Positions 59,649 through 64,000 of a stretch of 64,000 bases of DNA are shown in pieces. The translations under genes and the position numbers were made by a program. This stretch comes from a virus, in the IMG/VR virus record IMGVR_UViG_3300037502_002220, positions 1-64,000 of that record. One strand, 5' to 3'. The first letter of the stretch is position 1, and every line of letters starts with the position of its first letter. The notes below the pieces were generated by a model, which was not told the origin of the DNA, made no database searches, and was given only the letters and a program-made list of their open reading frames with translations.

Positions 59649-60284
59649 CTAAGCGCCACCTGTATAATCAGGTGGCAACTTAGGACCATGGTGATCAACA
59701 TTAAAAGCTTCGTATGTTGGCGGTACGTAAAATGAATCTAACTCAGAACCTTCTAGTTCTTCTTCAGATACATTGACTTCGTAATGCTCTTGCAACTTAC
59801 TTTTAAAGATAGTAACAAACTGTTGCTTTTTAGTAAGTACTGCATACAATGGATTAACGACTTTGTTTTCATATTCTGTAATACCCATTTTCTTGAGCTG
59901 ATCTACTGTGAACATTTCAGAAAACTTACCTTCGATAAAGCTATTGTAGCTACGATGTAATTCTTTAGGTATTCTAAATACAATAAACACGTGTGCGTTA
60001 TCTTTTAGTTTCATTGGATAATCATCCTCATAAAACTCATGTGTGCGCAAGTACGTTAACGCTTGTCGTTGTAACTTAGTCTTGTTTTCTACAAGTGCAA
60101 ATAAGCGATACCCTACTTGACCATAGTTCTTAGCTTGAAGATATCTCAGATCATAAGTACCCCACATAATAGGTCTCGTCATCTGTAATTTACTAAGGCT
60201 TTCTTTATCAAAGTAAGATAGCATTGCACGAGCTAGGTAAATCCTAGTGCGGTTTACATAAATCTTATTTAACTGTATCTTCAT
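59649..60284 (-). CDS. Conserved hypothetical protein
   Basis: 'FYEDDYP.......FIVFRIP....Y..F.EGKFSEM' pattern recurrent in crAss-like replication blocks. Confidence 0.65.
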   Translation of the reverse strand: MKIQLNKIYVNRTRIYLARAMLSYFDKESLSKLQMTRPIMWGTYDLRYLQAKNYGQVGYRLFALVENKTKLQRQALTYLRTHEFYEDDYPMKLKDNAHVFIVFRIPKELHRSYNSFIEGKFSEMFTVDQLKKMGITEYENKVVNPLYAVLTKKQQFVTIFKSKLQEHYEVNVSEEELEGSELDSFYVPPTYEAFNVDHHGPKLPPDYTGGA

Positions 60285-61090
60285 ACAGTAAAGAATTTGT
60301 ACGCATCAAGTACTTTATCTGGTCTAGCAATAGACACTTCACGATCTTTACCTATCGTATAGGTCATTGCTTGATACAGATCATACCTGGTGTATACACC
60401 ATCTGGCTTGTGATACTTACCGTTAGGCTTAAATGATAAATCCATCATCTGTGAGAAGTGTGTCTTCATCGCAATAGCTTTGTGAGCTTTGAGTGCCACC
60501 TGGCCAATAACGCGTTCAAGTTGTTCACCTTGTAATTGCTCACCAGTAAGTAATGCGTGCGCTTGTACGAGTTCTTCTCTACGTGTTTCAATACGTTGCA
60601 GATAGTTATCGATTACATCATAGATAGCACCGAAGTCTGTAGATGCAAAGTCACGTTGTACAATGTCTACAGCATTGAACACAGATAGGTTCAAACACGC
60701 TTGGTTTTCAAATCCTAAGTACACCTTCATGATAGGTTTGCTTACGTCATGCGCATACAGAAAACCAATAACTGTTTTGTACCTATCGCTACCAAAGACT
60801 TGATCTTCAGTGTTGAGTACAGCTTCTACAAGCACGCGATCTGCGAACATGTACTTCTCAGCAATTTCACCGCTATCAGTAGTATCTACTGCTTTACGGT
60901 TAGGCTCTTGTACGTAGCAGTTGTAACTACTAACGTGTGACGATAGCTTTGTAAATGCAGGTGTAAGTACTGCTTCCGGTGAAGGTAGTGTTAGAAACTG
61001 ATTACCTTCTTGTTGTGACGCTTTGTAGCGCAACAAGTTACTTAATTCAACTTGCTTCATGGTAAAGTATTTATTGATTATTAATTCCAA
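60281..61090 (-). CDS. DUF932-like protein
   Basis: 'KPIMKVYLG..NQACLNLSVFN' and 'RYDLYQAMT'. Confidence 0.6.
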   Translation of the reverse strand: MELIINKYFTMKQVELSNLLRYKASQQEGNQFLTLPSPEAVLTPAFTKLSSHVSSYNCYVQEPNRKAVDTTDSGEIAEKYMFADRVLVEAVLNTEDQVFGSDRYKTVIGFLYAHDVSKPIMKVYLGFENQACLNLSVFNAVDIVQRDFASTDFGAIYDVIDNYLQRIETRREELVQAHALLTGEQLQGEQLERVIGQVALKAHKAIAMKTHFSQMMDLSFKPNGKYHKPDGVYTRYDLYQAMTYTIGKDREVSIARPDKVLDAYKFFTV

Positions 61091-62025
61091 ATAGATGGGA
61101 TATCTAAACTATCTTGCTCTCTAGGACTAAAGTATTCACTCCAACCTTTGATACGCATACGATGCTTTATGATATTGTTATTGATATAAATATCTCCAAG
61201 ATCTTTAATAGCACCGTGCTTAGCAATCTCTAAATCTAAGTCAGAGATATTTATAGTAGCACAGGTGTTATCTGGCTTAGAGTACACAGCAATGTGACAC
61301 GTTACTGGTTTATCGTAGATAAGCTGTAGTGCTTCACGATAAAAAGAAAGTTGTATATCTGTTCTACGTCTACGTATTTCATTGTTGTAGTCTTCAATAG
61401 GTAACTCAGTATACTTGATGTCGTAGAGTTCAATACTATCTTCGTTAAATACAACTAGATCTATAAGACCTTTACATTCTTTACCATCGTACTTAAAGTA
61501 CACAGGCTTCTGAGCCTCATGTTCAGATCCTAGTTGATCTTTAAGATGGTACCTAAGTAGTTCACTAGGTGCATATAGGTTAATACGTAAATCAGCAGGT
61601 ACTAACTTTCTATCACCTTGCATGTGTAGATGTTCTAGATACTTCTGACCATTCTTAGTTACAACTACTGTGTTAATTCTAGTAGGTGTTTTATAACGCA
61701 TGTTGTACTCTAGCTCATCCATAATTTGAACTAGACCTTCTGTGTTACGATGTAATTCTTTTTCTTCAGGAAATCTTTTGTAATAGGTATCTACAATCTG
61801 TTTTACTTTACCTGTAGGCATCGCTGAAGATTGAGTCCATTCACAAAATAACTTTGTGTACAGCGATGGTGTAAGCACTAAGCAGTCAAAGATAGAACCT
61901 TTGAGTAGTGCTGGATTATCATCATTCTTTTCTCTTCTTGCTATTCCCAGCTCTACTTTTATTTGACTTTGGCTTATCGCTGGGTGATTGTAATACTCCT
62001 TGATTTGTTGCACCTTCGTATCCAT
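61081..62025 (-). CDS. PD-(D/E)XK exonuclease (RecE/ExoVIII-like)
   Basis: 'YYNHPAISQS', 'GSIFDCLV', 'CKGLIDLV......YDIK', 'QLSFY'. Confidence 0.8.
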   Translation of the reverse strand: MDTKVQQIKEYYNHPAISQSQIKVELGIARREKNDDNPALLKGSIFDCLVLTPSLYTKLFCEWTQSSAMPTGKVKQIVDTYYKRFPEEKELHRNTEGLVQIMDELEYNMRYKTPTRINTVVVTKNGQKYLEHLHMQGDRKLVPADLRINLYAPSELLRYHLKDQLGSEHEAQKPVYFKYDGKECKGLIDLVVFNEDSIELYDIKYTELPIEDYNNEIRRRRTDIQLSFYREALQLIYDKPVTCHIAVYSKPDNTCATINISDLDLEIAKHGAIKDLGDIYINNNIIKHRMRIKGWSEYFSPREQDSLDIPSIWN

Positions 62026-62368
62026 GTTCTTTAAGGTATGAAGTTATTAATTTGATGAATGTTTCTTCAGTCATCGTTACATAAGTACCGTGTCTTGGTT
62101 TTCTATGAAACAAAACATTAAGTAAGTTCTTAGGCATATTACCTAATACTTCTATGTAGTTAGGTCTATTGATATAGTATTTACACTGCACACCAAAGTC
62201 ACCAGTATTTACCAGATCAATACCTTTATCATCTGCGTGCTTAGACATTAAACGAGAAGTAGCTACATTATCAAACCCTAATAGTTTAAATAGTGCAGCT
62301 ACTTTACGTTCGTACGCATGACCACTAGTTCTGTTTCTTTTACCAATACTAGCTTTATCTTTTTTCAT
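61922..62368 (-). CDS. Hjc-like Holliday junction resolvase
   Basis: 'RNRTSGHAYER', 'TSR..SK.ADDKGIDL', 'VQCK'. Confidence 0.75.
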   Translation of the reverse strand: MKKDKASIGKRNRTSGHAYERKVAALFKLLGFDNVATSRLMSKHADDKGIDLVNTGDFGVQCKYYINRPNYIEVLGNMPKNLLNVLFHRKPRHGTYVTMTEETFIKLITSYLKEHGYEGATNQGVLQSPSDKPKSNKSRAGNSKKRKE

Positions 62369-62370
62369 AA

Positions 62371-63057
62371 TTAAAACGGTAGCGTAAACTCAAAATCTTT
62401 TTTGTATATGGCTTTGTACAAGCTAGCAAACTGTTCAAACTTATCTCTGAAGTCTCTATCTTCGTACGCAGCTCTAGCTGGATGTTCAGAAGCTATCACA
62501 TAATTGCGTAGTGGAAATACTAATGCCGATAGTTTAACAGCTTCTTGGCCCATAAAGTAAAAGATAATGTCTTGCTTGTTATCATTAAGCCATCCAATAA
62601 GTACTTTATTAAATGCACCCCATAGTTCTAAATGTGCAGTAGGATTGCTCGTAGTTGCTGTTAACGCAGTGTTCAATAATAGCACACCTTGTTGTCTCCA
62701 AAGACTAAGGTCTGATTGTAGATACTCACTAATAGGATCTTGCTTTGTAATCCTTTTAATAGAGTCTGCAATCTTTTGTAAACTCTTAGGCCACTCATGA
62801 TAACTACGACCTGTTTCTTCAACAGCAAACGCATATCCACATGCGTGATCTGTACCATCCATAAACGTACCTGGATATGGACTCAAGCCTACGATAACAG
62901 CTTTAACATCATCTACAGGCATTTCAAAGGCTCTAAATATATTAGGCCCTGGTTGTGGTTTATATGCTCCTGGTGTGAGCTGTGCCATAATATTAGGCAC
63001 AAGCTCAAACGCAGGACACTTTACCCAACTTTCATGTGCTAACTTCGGTTTTGTCAC
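62371..63057 (-). CDS. ung: Uracil-DNA glycosylase family 1-like protein with variant catalytic motif
   Basis: 'NIFRAF', 'VKAVIVGLSPY', 'ACGYAF', 'W.QQGVLLLNTALT', 'SEHPA'. Confidence 0.8.
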   Translation of the reverse strand: MTKPKLAHESWVKCPAFELVPNIMAQLTPGAYKPQPGPNIFRAFEMPVDDVKAVIVGLSPYPGTFMDGTDHACGYAFAVEETGRSYHEWPKSLQKIADSIKRITKQDPISEYLQSDLSLWRQQGVLLLNTALTATTSNPTAHLELWGAFNKVLIGWLNDNKQDIIFYFMGQEAVKLSALVFPLRNYVIASEHPARAAYEDRDFRDKFEQFASLYKAIYKKDFEFTLPF

Positions 63058-63290
63058 AGTCTTGGTTGTTTTAGATACTGAAGCTTAACACGTTTAGGAT
63101 CTGCTACTCTAGATATGGTATCACCAAAGTGTTTAGCTTCTTCAAAATTATCAAACTCAAATTGCATTTCGTACATTGTGTTCAGCGTTAAAAAATCTTT
63201 TAAGCTCTCAGATTCTAATATAGTTTGTTTAAACTTAACTAAATCTTGTGAGCTTTTAAATTTCATGAACACAGGGTAGCTAAACTTCAT
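63054..63290 (-). CDS. Hypothetical protein
   Basis: 78-aa ORF overlapping both neighbours. Confidence 0.6.
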   Translation of the reverse strand: MKFSYPVFMKFKSSQDLVKFKQTILESESLKDFLTLNTMYEMQFEFDNFEEAKHFGDTISRVADPKRVKLQYLKQPRL

Positions 63291-63547
63291 GGTTTAGGCA
63301 TTAGTGTAGTGTACAAAGCTTTTTCTACGTCACTAGGAATATACACAGGTTCACCGTTATTCAACTTGATTGTAGTTACGTCAGATAACTGTGCACCAAA
63401 ATCACTAGCATCTACTTCTGGAAACTTATCTAGAAGCATTCTAATTTCGTGAGGTGTATATCCTTCTTTGTTAGCTCTGTAAAATTTAGAAGTCTCTGAT
63501 TCTACTTTTTCAATTACTTCAAATACTTTTTCTTTTAATGAATCCAT
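63287..63547 (-). CDS. Hypothetical protein
   Basis: 86-aa ORF in operon. Confidence 0.6.
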   Translation of the reverse strand: MDSLKEKVFEVIEKVESETSKFYRANKEGYTPHEIRMLLDKFPEVDASDFGAQLSDVTTIKLNNGEPVYIPSDVEKALYTTLMPKP

Positions 63548-63648
63548 AGTTCAATGATTGTAGTTATTAAAATACCTATACTAATTGCCATCAGTATAGT
63601 GATAATAGCTATAATAATTAGCAGTAAATACAGTCAGCGTTTATTCAT
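63535..63648 (-). pseudogene. Small membrane-peptide gene interrupted by an in-frame TGA at codon 5
   Basis: MNKR*LYLLLIIIAIITILMAISIGILITTIIELWIH; overlaps the ThyX stop and the next start. Confidence 0.55.
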
Positions 63649-64000
63649 AGCCCATTGCTTCCGATACTACAGGGAATCTTTTTTTAAATAGTTCACGAAT
63701 TTCATTAGCTACTTGACGATGTTCTAACTGTGTATGTGGATCCATGCGTACAGGAAGATAGTGCATCCAAGAACGCACAGAACCTTTCATATACATTGTA
63801 GTACTGGTAGCTAACGGTAATATACTTCTTGCAGTTTCTCTAGATACACCAGCGTCTAACAACGCTTCATACACATCAAAAGTAAGATCTGTAACCATAG
63901 CTACAAGTTCATCAGCTTCGTACTGTTGATCGTGTAATGTTACAATAGGATTAAATTCTTCTTCAGAAGATTGTCTATTGTTCTTAGCTTGCCTGCGTAT
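63641..64000 (-). CDS. thyX: Flavin-dependent thymidylate synthase, 5'-truncated by the window edge
   Basis: Frame open to 64000: 'RRQAKNNRQSS', 'GVSRETARSILP', 'GSVRSWMHY..VR....TQLEHR'. Confidence 0.9.
   Translation of the reverse strand: MRRQAKNNRQSSEEEFNPIVTLHDQQYEADELVAMVTDLTFDVYEALLDAGVSRETARSILPLATSTTMYMKGSVRSWMHYLPVRMDPHTQLEHRQVANEIRELFKKRFPVVSEAMGYE

Noticed and set aside
61922-62025. 104-nt overlap between resolvase and exonuclease as a programmed frameshift
   Set aside because: No evident slippery site. The exonuclease has its own ATG, and the resolvase tail looks like a low-complexity run-on.
1-64000. Genome-wide stop-codon reassignment (TAG=Gln or TGA=Trp), known in some crAss-like phages
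   Set aside because: Long ORFs are intact under code 11. TGA ends many genes in ATGA overlaps, and TAG ends several minus-strand genes at sensible boundaries.
1-64000. tRNA, rRNA, integrase or transposase
   Set aside because: Intergenic gaps are mostly under 80 nt and I recognised no cloverleaf or recombinase motifs; a tRNAscan run was not possible.
1-64000. Apparent abundance of CTAG/AGCT/GTAC and scarcity of CCGG/GGCC as restriction-avoidance signal
   Set aside because: An impression only; it needs k-mer statistics and may follow simply from codon bias.

Overview
A 64-kb, AT-rich segment of a lytic crAss-like (Crassvirales-type) podovirus, most likely infecting a Bacteroidota host. It uses the standard genetic code (TAA, TAG and TGA all terminate genes). 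The + strand (1-55.6 kb) is the late/structural block: scaffold-like protein, major capsid, ring and auxiliary capsid proteins, tail hub, Ig-like fibres, a 2780-aa fibre with an S74 chaperone, a lysin, an HU/IHF-like protein, the muzzle, and a cargo/ejection cluster. That cluster contains the DFDID virion RNA polymerase, ART, zincin and nuclease domains, and a ferritin. The - strand (55.7-64 kb) carries small membrane proteins, an NTP pyrophosphohydrolase, a glycosyltransferase, nucleases, a UDG and ThyX, and converges on a terminator at about 55.67 kb. Family assignments come from motif recognition and synteny only; no searches were run. Three observations stand out. (1) Five cargo proteins (6979 aa in total) contain only 8 cysteines, and these form 4 matched C-terminal/N-terminal pairs in gene order, suggesting a covalent head-to-tail disulfide chain. 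(2) The giant fibre has a Sec signal peptide and a dense N-terminal array of Bacteroidota O-glycosylation sequons. (3) Recurrent xxGG/KAxxG motifs delimit swappable modules in the cargo polyproteins.
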